Source: Candidatus Aenigmatarchaeota archaeon (GTDB lineage: Archaea; Aenigmatarchaeota; Aenigmatarchaeia; CG10238-14; SCSR01). Taken from it: DNA of 64,000 nt. The translations under genes and the position numbers were made by a program. This document shows, piece by piece, positions 17,580 to 26,558 of the stretch. Numbering within the stretch: the first letter of the stretch is position 1; each line of letters begins with the position of its first letter. Under the pieces are notes generated by a model, which was not told the origin of the DNA, did no database searches, and worked only from the letters and a program-made list of their open reading frames with translations. The stretch is from assembly GCA_038998335.1 (NCBI GenBank), contig JAVZHQ010000001.1, positions 140,455-204,454 on the forward strand, written 5' to 3'.

Positions 17580-17839
17580 AGGCGTGCTAGCCATAGCCCC
17601 TCTTATGTTTTGGTAGCATTTGTCTAAGCGTTTCAAACTTGCATCCCAGGCCTACCAGACCGTTTCATCCTTTTAGCCTCAACTCAGCTTTCGCATCATG
17701 GTTAGCGAAGCTAAAAGGTCTCGTTTCTGATTCTGGTAGAGGCTTCTCAGCCTGCTGCTTAAGCAGCACCTTAAGGGATGGAGGGAACTTCCTCAGCTTT
17801 GCTTTGATGCAAAGCCGAAGCTACCTGGCTAGCTCGCCT
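17580..17839 (-). ncRNA. rnpB: Archaeal RNase P RNA
   Basis: GC-rich island; terminal P1 pairing AGGCGAGCTAGCCA/TGGCTAGCACGCCT; CR-I GAGGAAGTTCC and CR-V-like AACATAAGAGGGGCTA. Confidence 0.85.
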
Positions 17840-17917
17840 ATATTTTTATTACCCCAACAACTTATAAATTTTTCTTTTAGTTTTAAAAATAAGAGAAAGG
17901 AAAAAGAAATTAATATT

Positions 17918-18631
17918 ATGGCAGAAAGAGTTTCCTCAGGAATTAAAGGTTTAGACGAGCTTATAGGTGGAGGCTTTATTCGCTCTTCTTCTATAATGGT
18001 TAGTGGAAAAACAGGAAGTGGAAAAACTCTTTTTTCAGTTCAGTTTTTGTACGATGGCTTGCTTAAAAACGAGCCTGCAGTTTATGTAACTTTTGAGGAA
18101 AGAGTAGAAGATATAAAAAAGGATATAGAAGAAACTTTCGGCTGGGATTTGGAACCTTTTGAAAAAAAGAACAAGCTTCTATGGCTTCCTTTAAGAATAA
18201 AAAGGGTTTGGCATCCTGTTGAGAAAAAAGAAGTTCTTTCCATGGGGTTTTACCAGATAGTTCAAAAAATTCTTGAGGCTGTTGATAAGATAAAAGCAAA
18301 AAGGCTTGTTATAGATTCGATTTCAGCAATAGAGATGATGTTTAAAGATAAGTACATGATACGCTCAGAAGTTGTTTCGCTGGTAGATGCTTTAAAAGAA
18401 AAAGGCGTTACAACAATTTTCATCTCAGAAGTTCCAGAATCTGAAATGGGAGTTAGTAGATTACAATTTCTAGAGTTTGTTGTCGACACAATAATCAAGC
18501 TTGATTTTGTTTACATAGCAAAAGAATATCAAAGAACTTTAACTGTGAGAAAAATGAGAAGAAGTAAGCATTCAACTTTGATTCACCCTTTTGTTATAAA
18601 AGAAAATGGAATAGAAGTTTTAAGAGTTTAA
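17918..18631 (+). CDS. KaiC-like RecA-superfamily ATPase
   Basis: SSGIKGLDELIGGG, GKTGSGKT, VTFEE, RLVIDS, RKMRRS; true start 17918. Confidence 0.9.
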   Translation: MAERVSSGIKGLDELIGGGFIRSSSIMVSGKTGSGKTLFSVQFLYDGLLKNEPAVYVTFEERVEDIKKDIEETFGWDLEPFEKKNKLLWLPLRIKRVWHPVEKKEVLSMGFYQIVQKILEAVDKIKAKRLVIDSISAIEMMFKDKYMIRSEVVSLVDALKEKGVTTIFISEVPESEMGVSRLQFLEFVVDTIIKLDFVYIAKEYQRTLTVRKMRRSKHSTLIHPFVIKENGIEVLRV

Positions 18632-19218
18632 GCTTTAGCGAAATCTTCAACTTTAAAGTTAAACTCAGCGTCTGACTTTATCTCTTTTCTTTCTTTCAAT
18701 ATTTCTCTCGCTAAAAGCCAAAGAATAGTTGCTAAGGCTTTCTTTCCTTTGTTGTTAGCAGGAACAATTAAATCAATATTTTTTGTTTCGTTTATCGTAT
18801 CGCAAAGGGCAACTACAGGAATTCTTGCTTTTACTGCTTCCTTCAAAGCCTGATAATCTATTAAAGGATCAAAAATGAAAACAACTTCTGCCTCATAGTA
18901 TTCTTTGTAAGAAGGGTTTGTTAGAGTTCCTGGCATAAACCTTCCAAGAATAACTTTTGCTCCTATAACCTCAGCAAATCTTTTTATTCCTTCTTGAACA
19001 GAAGACTTTCTGCTTACTATTAGAATTTTTTTATGTCTTGCTAAGAATTTTGCAGCAACCCTTATTCTCTCATCAATTTTTTTCAAGTTTAAAATACAAA
19101 GTCCATCTTCCCTTACTTTGTAGATAAACTCCTTCATATCCTTAGTTTTTTGCTTCATTCCTATGTGAATTCCAGATGCCAAATACTGCTGCCTAGGAAT
19201 TAATAGTTTGCTTACCAT
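18628..19218 (-). CDS. rps2: 30S ribosomal protein uS2
   Basis: YLASGIHIG, GRFMPGTLTNP, PANNKG. Confidence 0.97.
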   Translation of the reverse strand: MVSKLLIPRQQYLASGIHIGMKQKTKDMKEFIYKVREDGLCILNLKKIDERIRVAAKFLARHKKILIVSRKSSVQEGIKRFAEVIGAKVILGRFMPGTLTNPSYKEYYEAEVVFIFDPLIDYQALKEAVKARIPVVALCDTINETKNIDLIVPANNKGKKALATILWLLAREILKERKEIKSDAEFNFKVEDFAKA

Positions 19219-19222
19219 TCTC

Positions 19223-20017
19223 TTAACCTATGTAGCTAAGCTTTTCTTCTTTTCCTGGTTTTTCCACAGATTTAAGCAATTGTCCTAAAGCTCTTTTTTG
19301 CACGTCTTCAACTTTTTTTATAAAATCTTCCATCTCTTTTACTTTTTTCTCTATTTTACTTGTGTCTATCTTAACGTTAAGTATTTTTACCACAACTTTA
19401 AGCAAGGCTTCTGCACTTTTTTGGTCTGGTATTATAGGAAAGCCTACAGTTTCACCAAGCAGACAAACTCCTTTCATCCCTCTTACTTTTCCTAAACCTA
19501 TTATCAAACCAGAAGCTCCAACTATTGTCCCAACTCTACTTCCTGCCTCAAAATCTATCCCATACTTTTGATATTTTTTGATCATTTCTTCATCGCTTAC
19601 TGCTCCTACAACCTTTGGTTTTTCTACCATTTCTCCTATACTTAAGCCTGCTAAGGTTATTATCTCCTTTACCCCAAACTTTTCCACATAATCTAAAATA
19701 GTGTTAACTATTTCATAATGTCCTTCTGGGTCAACACTTTGGCTATCTCCTATTAAAATTATCAAGTCTCTCTGGTTTCTTTCCTTAGCTTTCCAGTAGT
19801 AAAATTCATTTTTAAGAACATGTACTGCAGAGCTTTGATGTAGCAAAACAAAAGGCATAAAATGTGAAGAATAAAGTTCTGCAAACTTTTTTGCTTTAAG
19901 CTCTTCTACTAAGTAGCCTGCAGCGATTCTTCCAACATTACCTACTCCTGGCAAACCTTCTATGAATAAAGGATCTTTCAGCTTTGGCTTTTCAAGTTCT
20001 TTTATCCAAGTCGTCAT
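19223..20017 (-). CDS. PAC2-family proteasome assembly chaperone
   Basis: IEGLPGVGNVG, IVGASGL, CLLGET, C-terminal YIG. Confidence 0.9.
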   Translation of the reverse strand: MTTWIKELEKPKLKDPLFIEGLPGVGNVGRIAAGYLVEELKAKKFAELYSSHFMPFVLLHQSSAVHVLKNEFYYWKAKERNQRDLIILIGDSQSVDPEGHYEIVNTILDYVEKFGVKEIITLAGLSIGEMVEKPKVVGAVSDEEMIKKYQKYGIDFEAGSRVGTIVGASGLIIGLGKVRGMKGVCLLGETVGFPIIPDQKSAEALLKVVVKILNVKIDTSKIEKKVKEMEDFIKKVEDVQKRALGQLLKSVEKPGKEEKLSYIG

Positions 20018-20051
20018 AATATCATATTTTCTTTTAGCAAATATATTTAAA

Positions 20052-20201
20052 TCATTTCTCTTTTAACCTTCTTCTGTACTTTCCATACTTATCCGTAGGC
20101 GAATAAGGCGGTGGTAAAGGTAGTACAGTTTTTTTGTTACACTTTGGGCAATTCTCCTTAAAAGTATAAATTTTGCAGGAATTACACCTTCTCATTTTCA
20201 T
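20052..20201 (-). CDS. nop10: H/ACA RNP protein Nop10 (49 aa, not in ORF track)
   Basis: MKMRRCNSCKIYTFKENCPKC...PPPYSPTDKYGKYRRRLK; conserved position between aIF2alpha and PAC2. Confidence 0.9.
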   Translation of the reverse strand: MKMRRCNSCKIYTFKENCPKCNKKTVLPLPPPYSPTDKYGKYRRRLKEK

Positions 20202-20968
20202 TTTATTAACCTGTAACTTCCTTCTCCCTTTGCTTCCTTGATTTCTTTTAAAGTTTTTTCTAAGTTTTCAATAAGTTTTTTCTCCATAGCCTTGGGGTTT
20301 TTCCCTTCTATTTCAACTCTGTAACGAGGAGCACTTATGTACTTAACTTTTATTCCATTTTTTTCCAAATTCAAAAGGATCTCTTTAATTTTTTTAATTC
20401 CTTCACTGTCATAACTTTTTAACTCTAGCTCAGCTTTTATCTTAACTTCCTTTTCCTTAAAACTTTTTTCTAGAGCTTCAAGCAAAGCTTTTGCCCATTT
20501 TTCTGGTATACCTTTTTTGACAAGAATTTCGGGTGATTTCCTTGCCTCTTCAAAAGCAGCATAAAGCTCGCCGAACTTTTCTTGGAGCAAAAACCCAACT
20601 TCTTCATAAGCTTGATCTAAGGTTTTACCAAATTCCTTAGCAACTTGTTCTAAAATTTTTTCTGCTCTCTGCTCTTTTTTATAAGCATTCATCTTTTCCT
20701 TCTTTTCTTCTTCGCTAACTCTTTTCAAGCTTAGGTTTACAAATTTTTTCTGGTAATCTATTTTCACAACTTTTGCAACATATTGCTTATTAACTTTAAC
20801 AAACTCTCTAATGTCATGAACCCATTTTCCACTAACTTCAGAAACATGAATCATCCCTTCAGCTTCAGGGTATTCTTCAAGCTTACACCAAGCAGCATAA
20901 GGTGAAATCCTTTGAACAGTACATAAAACAAGTTCTCCCCATTCAGGCAAACCTTTTCTTCTTGGCAA
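20198..20968 (-). CDS. eif2a: Translation initiation factor 2 alpha subunit
   Basis: LPEWGELV, S1 domain, IHVSEVS, LSLKRV, SAPRY; TTG start with GGTGA RBS. Confidence 0.95.
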   Translation of the reverse strand: MPRRKGLPEWGELVLCTVQRISPYAAWCKLEEYPEAEGMIHVSEVSGKWVHDIREFVKVNKQYVAKVVKIDYQKKFVNLSLKRVSEEEKKEKMNAYKKEQRAEKILEQVAKEFGKTLDQAYEEVGFLLQEKFGELYAAFEEARKSPEILVKKGIPEKWAKALLEALEKSFKEKEVKIKAELELKSYDSEGIKKIKEILLNLEKNGIKVKYISAPRYRVEIEGKNPKAMEKKLIENLEKTLKEIKEAKGEGSYRLIK

Positions 20969-21026
20969 TTTTTCACCTCTCTAATAAATTAGTAAATAAA
21001 TAATTTAACTTTCAGCATGCTTTTTT

Positions 21027-21042
21027 TGTTAGACGTTTAACA
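21027..21042. repeat. Palindromic dispersed repeat, distant copy (TGTTAGACGTTTAACA)
   Basis: 1 mismatch to consensus, T-tract upstream; between aIF2alpha start and tRNA-Leu 3' end. Confidence 0.75.
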
Positions 21043-21084
21043 TTAAAAATCTCAACACTGTCTCTAAATAAGAATGCAGGGTAG

Positions 21085-21170
21085 TGCAGGGGCTGGGATT
21101 TGAACCCAGGAAGGCACTAAGCCACAGGGTTCTAAGCCCTGCGCCTTTGACCAGACTTGGCTACCCCTGC
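21085..21170 (-). tRNA. tRNA-Leu(TAG)
   Basis: Cloverleaf, anticodon arm CAGGG-CTTAGAA-CCCTG, long variable arm, GGTTCAAATCC. Confidence 0.95.
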
Positions 21171-21226
21171 CTAATTTAAAATTCAAATCAAAATTAATAA
21201 ATTGTTTTATTCTTTAAAATAATTTT

Positions 21227-22030
21227 ATGAAAAAAAGTTCAACTCTTCCTAAAAAAATTGATGTTGTCATGCTAACAAAAAACAGTGAAGAAATACTAGA
21301 GAAATGCCTTGATTCACTTTACAAGAACGTTCCAGTTAAAAGGTTAATAATTGTCGACGGTTTTTCGCAGGATAGAACAATAGATATATTGGAAAATTAC
21401 AACAAAGAGTATTCCAATATTAAAATAATCCAAGATTCTGGAACAAGAGCAACAGCAAGACAAAAAGGAATAAAGGCAGTTAAAACCAAATGGTTCATGT
21501 TTTTAGATAGCGATATAATTCTTTGCAAGGATTGGTTCAAAAAAGCTTCTAATTATATTAAAGAAAATGTTGGCATGATTTGGGGAGTTAATATAGATGT
21601 AGTTCCTGGTTTAAAGAGCGAGTTATTTTTTAGAGCTTTCAAGAAATTTTCGGTAGGATACTTTAAAATCCGAGGCGGACTTCATGATACCCTTCTCCTT
21701 TTAGATGCTGTTAAAGATATAAAAATACCATCTTCTCTTCATTGTTATGAGGATTATTATATAATGCAATTTGTTATTAACAAAGGCTATACTGTTGCAA
21801 TTCCTGATGGTCTATACTGCTTTCATCTTAGACCTACGATTGACTGGGAATTGAGAGAAGGTTTAAAGTTAGCCTTTGAGGAAATAAAGTATGGGTTGTT
21901 TAAGTGTCACAGGTTTAAGTGTGTTTTTTACTATCCCTTTCTTCTCTTTTATTGGGTTTTACAAAAAATTAAAAGAAGAAAATCTTCTTCAAAAGGATTT
22001 TCCCTTAGCTATATGAACGCCAAACCCTAG
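21227..22030 (+). CDS. Glycosyltransferase family 2
   Basis: IIVDGFSQDRT, FLDSD, EDY. Confidence 0.9.
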   Translation: MKKSSTLPKKIDVVMLTKNSEEILEKCLDSLYKNVPVKRLIIVDGFSQDRTIDILENYNKEYSNIKIIQDSGTRATARQKGIKAVKTKWFMFLDSDIILCKDWFKKASNYIKENVGMIWGVNIDVVPGLKSELFFRAFKKFSVGYFKIRGGLHDTLLLLDAVKDIKIPSSLHCYEDYYIMQFVINKGYTVAIPDGLYCFHLRPTIDWELREGLKLAFEEIKYGLFKCHRFKCVFYYPFLLFYWVLQKIKRRKSSSKGFSLSYMNAKP

Positions 22031-22573
22031 AGCCCATATTAAAATAGGATAAGCTATCATTCTCTCCATCCCACCTTTTCCCAAACCAAGATCAGCTCCT
22101 AAACCAAAAAGAATTAAAGAAAGAAGAGAGATTATACCGAGAAATAAAAATAGAATAGAAAAAAACGATTTATGGATTTTGTAAGAGAAAACAGAAGCTA
22201 AGGCTCCAAAGAAAAAAGTAATGAAAGAAAAAATAACGTGCAATAAGCCAAAGTCTTCAGTAAAAATTCCAACTCCCATAGCTCCAATTCCCGCTAAAAC
22301 TAAGCAAAACAGAAAATCTTTTGGTTCTTTTTCAATCAAAAGAAAATAAGCAGAAATTAAAGTTAACAAACCAAGAAGAAAAACGGAAAAGTTAAAAATG
22401 AAAGCAGAAGGACCAACACCTAAATCACTGATATAATTGGAAGAAACGCTATAGTTAGGATATAAAGCTTCTGCAATCTTGAGAGCTAGAATGAATTGCG
22501 CGCTTGCTACAAAAATTAAAAAGCCAGCTATCTTTCTTTTGTTTTTCTTCATTAAATAGAATTTCATTTTCAT
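21989..22573 (-). CDS. DUF998-like membrane protein
   Basis: YPNYS..NYISDLG, GVGIF, GGMERM. Confidence 0.8.
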   Translation of the reverse strand: MKMKFYLMKKNKRKIAGFLIFVASAQFILALKIAEALYPNYSVSSNYISDLGVGPSAFIFNFSVFLLGLLTLISAYFLLIEKEPKDFLFCLVLAGIGAMGVGIFTEDFGLLHVIFSFITFFFGALASVFSYKIHKSFFSILFLFLGIISLLSLILFGLGADLGLGKGGMERMIAYPILIWALGFGVHIAKGKSF

Positions 22574-22582
22574 TATTTAAAA

Positions 22583-22657
22583 TGCCCCCGCCGGGATTTG
22601 AACCCGGGTCTCCGGCTCGAGAGGCCAGTATCCTTGACCGGGCTAGACTACAGGGGC
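22583..22657 (-). tRNA. tRNA-Glu(CTC)
   Basis: Anticodon arm CTGGC-CTCTCGA-GCCGG. Confidence 0.95.
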
Positions 22658-22759
22658 CTTATCTATAATTTAAAAATTTTTTAAATTTTTAAGTTCGCCC
22701 CCTTTTATAATTTAACTCAACCACATTAATTTCTTTATCTGTAATTTATTTATGAGAGT

Positions 22760-23614
22760 ATGGTTGAGCTGAAGAAAAAAGTTTTCAAAACAATTTCAAA
22801 ATACAAGCTAATCGAGAACGAAGACAAAATTTTTGTTGCTTTAAGTGGAGGAAAAGACAGTGCTACTGTTTGTTTTCTGCTTTCTGAATACATAAGGGAA
22901 AATAAAATAGATTGTGAGGTAAACGCTTTTCATCTAATTCTTGGCGATTTCATACCAAAAACTGTTCTTAACACAGTGAAAAAACAGGCAACTATATGCG
23001 AGGTTAAACTTAAGGTTTATGATGTTAAAAATTTTGGGATAGATTTCAAAAAATTAACAAACTTAGAAAGACCAATTTGTAGCTTTTGCGGAATAGTTAA
23101 AAGATATCTTATGAACAAAATTCCAAGAGAGGAAGGAGCAACAAAGCTTTGTACAGGCCATAATGCAGACGATTTCTTGGTTTTCTTCTTTAAAAATATG
23201 CTAAGCAAAAACATTTTTTGGATTTCAAAGTTTTTACCTAAGCTTGAAGGCAAGAATAAGCAATTAACGAGAATAAGACCTTTATTCTTTGTTAGCCAAG
23301 AAGAAACAAAAGATTTTTGCAAGAAAGAAGGAATCCCTTTTGTTGAAGAGGATGTTTGTCCTTATATAATCCTTAAACAAAAAATGGACAGAAAAAGAGA
23401 AAAATGGTACAAGCTTATTAAAGAAATTTCAAGGTGGCAACCAAACTTTAGAGAAAACTTTTTAGAAAGCGTAATTTCAGTTGCGCAAATTTTAAAAAAT
23501 AACTTTCCTGTTGAGTTAAAAGAGTGTGAAATCTGCAAAGAACCAACAAGCATGAGAATATGTAGCTTTTGCAGGTTGAAAGAAAGAATAAAAAGTGGGC
23601 TCGGAGGGATTTGA
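22760..23614 (+). CDS. TtcA/Ncs6-family tRNA thiolation ATP pyrophosphatase
   Basis: PP-loop SGGKDS, CSFC, TGHNADD, RPL, C-terminal CxxC-CxxC. Confidence 0.88.
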   Translation: MVELKKKVFKTISKYKLIENEDKIFVALSGGKDSATVCFLLSEYIRENKIDCEVNAFHLILGDFIPKTVLNTVKKQATICEVKLKVYDVKNFGIDFKKLTNLERPICSFCGIVKRYLMNKIPREEGATKLCTGHNADDFLVFFFKNMLSKNIFWISKFLPKLEGKNKQLTRIRPLFFVSQEETKDFCKKEGIPFVEEDVCPYIILKQKMDRKREKWYKLIKEISRWQPNFRENFLESVISVAQILKNNFPVELKECEICKEPTSMRICSFCRLKERIKSGLGGI

Positions 23615-23679
23615 ACCCTCACTACTGCGTTTCCTCAAAACCGAAGCGCAGTCGGCTATCCAGGTTACCGGACGAGCCC
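23596..23679 (-). tRNA. tRNA-Arg(TCG) with 10-nt intron (23631-23640)
   Basis: Anticodon arm CTGCG-CTTCGG-[TTTTGAGGAA]-A-CGCAG; acceptor GGGCTCG/CGAGCCC. Confidence 0.88.
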
Positions 23680-23714
23680 TTAATTATCAATTTATTTTTG
23701 TGATTAAAGAAAAT

Positions 23715-25019
23715 TTAAGGATAAATTCTGTTTATTAACCTTGGAAAAGGAATAGCATCTCTTATATGCTTAAGCTTGCAAACCCACATTATAAACCTTT
23801 CTATTCCTAAGCCAAAACCTGCATGTGGTACTGAGCCGTATCTTCTTAGATCTATGTACCACTCGTAGGCTTTTGGGTCAAGTTTTTCTTCTTTTATCCT
23901 TTGGATCAATTCTTCTAAATCATGAATTCTTTGACCACCTCCAATAATTTCTCCATAACCTTCTGGAGCAAGCATGTCTGCACTTAAAGTAACTTCAGGC
24001 CTTTTCGGATCAGGTTTATGGTAAAAAGCTTTAACTCCTTTTGGAAAATGAGTTAAGAAGAAAGGAACGTCAAACTTGCTAGCTAACCTTTTTTCTAGAA
24101 TCCATGTTATATCATCACCCCACTTAATTTTAACTCCATCCTTTTGAAGAATTTCTATAGCTTGATCATAAGTTATTCTTGGGAAAGGTGGTTTGATCTT
24201 AAGTAAGTCTTGAGGGTCTCTTCCAAGTTTCTTTAGCTCTTCAGGCATTTCCTTTGCAAGAGTATGACAAATATGAGTTATAAATTCTTCTTGCATCTTC
24301 ATAGTTTGCTCTAAGTCACAAAATGGCTCTTCAACTTCAAGATGCCAAAATTCTGTTAAATGTCTTCTTGTCCTTGACTTTTCAGCTCTGAACGAAGGAG
24401 CTATAGTGAAAATTTTTCCTAGGGTTGAAATAGCAGCTTCAGCATAAAGTTGCCAACTTTGAGTTAGGTAAGCTTTTTTCCCAAAATAATTTACCTCGAA
24501 CATCGTTGCTCCTCCTTCGCAAGCAGCTCCTGTTAGGCTTGGTGAATGAAATTCCTTATAACCATGAGAAAGAAGCCATTCTCTGGCTATTTGTAAAACT
24601 TTCGACCTTATCTTAAGAATTGTTTGCATTTTTTCGCTTCTTAACCACAAGTGCCTATAATCAAGTAAAAATTCTGGTCCATGATACTTTTTTGCAATGG
24701 GAAACCCTTCTAAAGATTTGTGAATAACTTTAATTTTTTCCGCAGTAATTTCATAACCTCCAGGTGCTCTTGGCTCCTTTTTAGAAATTCCTTCTATTTC
24801 AACTACTGATTCCAAAGTTATTTTTTCCAACTCTTCAAAAGTTTTATCGTCAAACTTTTCTTTTTTGATAGTGCATTGAATAAATCCAGAACCATCTCTT
24901 ATTATGTAAAAAATAATTCCTCCAGAGCTTCTTTTACCATAAACCCAGCCTCTAATCAAAACTTTCCCTTCTCTTCCTTTTTTCAACACTTCTTCTATTT
25001 CTGTAAGCATTTCCATCAC
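23715..25019 (-). CDS. asnS: Asparagine--tRNA ligase
   Basis: RHLWLRS, YLTQSWQLY, FRAEKSRTRRHLTEF, GEIIGGGQR, PHAGFGLGIER. Confidence 0.93.
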   Translation of the reverse strand: MMEMLTEIEEVLKKGREGKVLIRGWVYGKRSSGGIIFYIIRDGSGFIQCTIKKEKFDDKTFEELEKITLESVVEIEGISKKEPRAPGGYEITAEKIKVIHKSLEGFPIAKKYHGPEFLLDYRHLWLRSEKMQTILKIRSKVLQIAREWLLSHGYKEFHSPSLTGAACEGGATMFEVNYFGKKAYLTQSWQLYAEAAISTLGKIFTIAPSFRAEKSRTRRHLTEFWHLEVEEPFCDLEQTMKMQEEFITHICHTLAKEMPEELKKLGRDPQDLLKIKPPFPRITYDQAIEILQKDGVKIKWGDDITWILEKRLASKFDVPFFLTHFPKGVKAFYHKPDPKRPEVTLSADMLAPEGYGEIIGGGQRIHDLEELIQRIKEEKLDPKAYEWYIDLRRYGSVPHAGFGLGIERFIMWVCKLKHIRDAIPFPRLINRIYP

Positions 25020-25051
25020 TTTATTTTTTTAATGTTATAGTTAAATTTTTA

Positions 25052-25123
25052 CGCCCTGGGGGAGATTTGAACTCCCGACCTCCTGGTTAACAGCCAGTTG
25101 CTCTACCTCTGAGCTACCAGGGC
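25052..25123 (-). tRNA. tRNA-Asn(GTT)
   Basis: Loop CTGTTAA, acceptor GCCCTGG/CCAGGGC. Confidence 0.95.
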
Positions 25124-26022
25124 CTTCTTATCTCACCTCCTGGAATTATTGGCATTAAGCTTGCTTCATAAACACACTTTAATCCGCAAACATACCTTGT
25201 TAACCTTTCTAGACCAATACCAAATCCAGAGGTAGGTTTTAAACTTTTAATACTTTTCAAGTACCATTTACACTTAGCTATTTCTGTTCCTTTAATTTTT
25301 TCAACAATCTTCTTTTCTTCATATTCCCTTTCGCTTCCTGAACATGCTTCACCAAACCCAGAATCATAGATTAAATCAAAATCCAAAAGTTTTTCACCGT
25401 CAATTTTTTCATAAAACCCTCTTGAACCTTTAGGATAATGAGTTATGAAAAAAGGTTGAATAAACTTTTTAGATAACTCTTTTTCTACTTCCCAAGGTAT
25501 CTCTTTGCCAGAAGAAACATGAAGACCCATTTTTCTAGCTATTTCTAAAGCTTCTCCGTAGCTTATTCTTTTAAATGGAATTCTTGGCACTCTAAGCTTT
25601 CTGCCTAAGATCTTTAACTCTTTCTTGCATTTCTTTTTCACTTTTTTACAAACAAACTGTATTAACCTTTCTAAAACTCTCATCGCATCTTCTTGCTTAC
25701 CTAAAACTTCAACTTCTACTTGCCAAAATTGCGCTAAATGTCTTTTTGTTTTCTTACATTCTTCTGGCTCTTTTCTAAAACAAGGACAAAAAGAAAATAT
25801 TTTTCCAAAATGTTTTGCTAATAAAGGTTTATGGACTGTTAAAGCGCTCATTAGTTTGTATTTTTTTCCATAAGCTTCTACCTCAAAAAATTTCGCACCT
25901 CTTATTCCTGGGTCAGTTATCGAATCTAAAAGAGGAGGAAGTATTTCTAAAAACCCTTCTCGATAAAGAAACTCTCTTATCGCTTTCATAACTTCTTCTT
26001 GTACCTTAAGCACAGCTTTCAT
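25114..26022 (-). CDS. Archaeal asparagine synthetase (AsnRS-like, lacking anticodon domain)
   Basis: Class II catalytic core only: ITDPG, CFRKE...RHL.QF, GEACSGSERE, GFGIGLERL. Confidence 0.85.
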   Translation of the reverse strand: MKAVLKVQEEVMKAIREFLYREGFLEILPPLLDSITDPGIRGAKFFEVEAYGKKYKLMSALTVHKPLLAKHFGKIFSFCPCFRKEPEECKKTKRHLAQFWQVEVEVLGKQEDAMRVLERLIQFVCKKVKKKCKKELKILGRKLRVPRIPFKRISYGEALEIARKMGLHVSSGKEIPWEVEKELSKKFIQPFFITHYPKGSRGFYEKIDGEKLLDFDLIYDSGFGEACSGSEREYEEKKIVEKIKGTEIAKCKWYLKSIKSLKPTSGFGIGLERLTRYVCGLKCVYEASLMPIIPGGEIRRPW

Positions 26023-26050
26023 TTTTTTTGAGTAAATTCCGCATCTCTTC

Positions 26051-26203
26051 TCACCTTTCCAAACTTGCGGGAATTATACTAGCAACAACTCTAGAGCCAA
26101 ACTTTATCTTTAACTTTTTTCTTATAGGAGCAGGAACTAAAATCCTTCCGCGATCGTCAAGAGTAGCAACAAAACTAAAGAAATCTTCATCTTCTTGCTT
26201 CAA
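26051..26203 (-). CDS. Small AbrB/MraZ-fold DNA-binding protein (50 aa, not in ORF track)
   Basis: TTG start; MKQEDEDFFSFVATLDDRGRILVPAPIRKKLKIKFGSRVVASIIPASLER. Confidence 0.7.
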   Translation of the reverse strand: MKQEDEDFFSFVATLDDRGRILVPAPIRKKLKIKFGSRVVASIIPASLER

Positions 26204-26388
26204 AGTTTTGACGACCGCCCAATGTTTTCACCTTTTTAATTTTTTCTCATCAAAAATATTTAAATTTATGTGGGAAATTTTTCAAGAAAAGTTTTTTGTT
26301 TAACATAAAAGTTTAACAAAAGTAGTTACAAAAAAATATAGAAAATTCTACAATAATCAATTTAAATAAGCTAGAATAAAAGAATTTT

Positions 26389-26462
26389 ACGGGTTAATTA
26401 AACGGGTTAAAACTTACGGATTAAATTGCGGGTTTTGTACGGGTTTGAATTAGATACGGGTT
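26389..26462 (+). repeat. Array of six ACGGGTT-like direct repeats upstream of ftsZ
   Basis: Copies start at 26389, 26402, 26416, 26428, 26439, 26456 in otherwise very AT-rich DNA. Confidence 0.85.
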
Positions 26463-26558
26463 AGACTTTACCTAATTCTAAGATAAAATATTTGAAAACC
26501 TTTATAAATGGTTTTCGATGAAACAAAATATATTTTGTTGAAGATGGGAGGATTGAAA

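Noticed and set aside
17639-17917. N-terminal extension of the KaiC-like ORF
   Set aside because: Overlaps RNase P RNA antisense; true start is ATG 17918
21075-21091. TGCAGGG duplication at tRNA-Leu 3' end as an att site
   Set aside because: Only 7 bp and immediately adjacent; no integrase or enclosed element
26389-26462. Replication origin (ORB boxes)
   Set aside because: Repeats are 7-mers unlike full ORB elements and no cdc6/orc1 is adjacent; not excluded but unsupported
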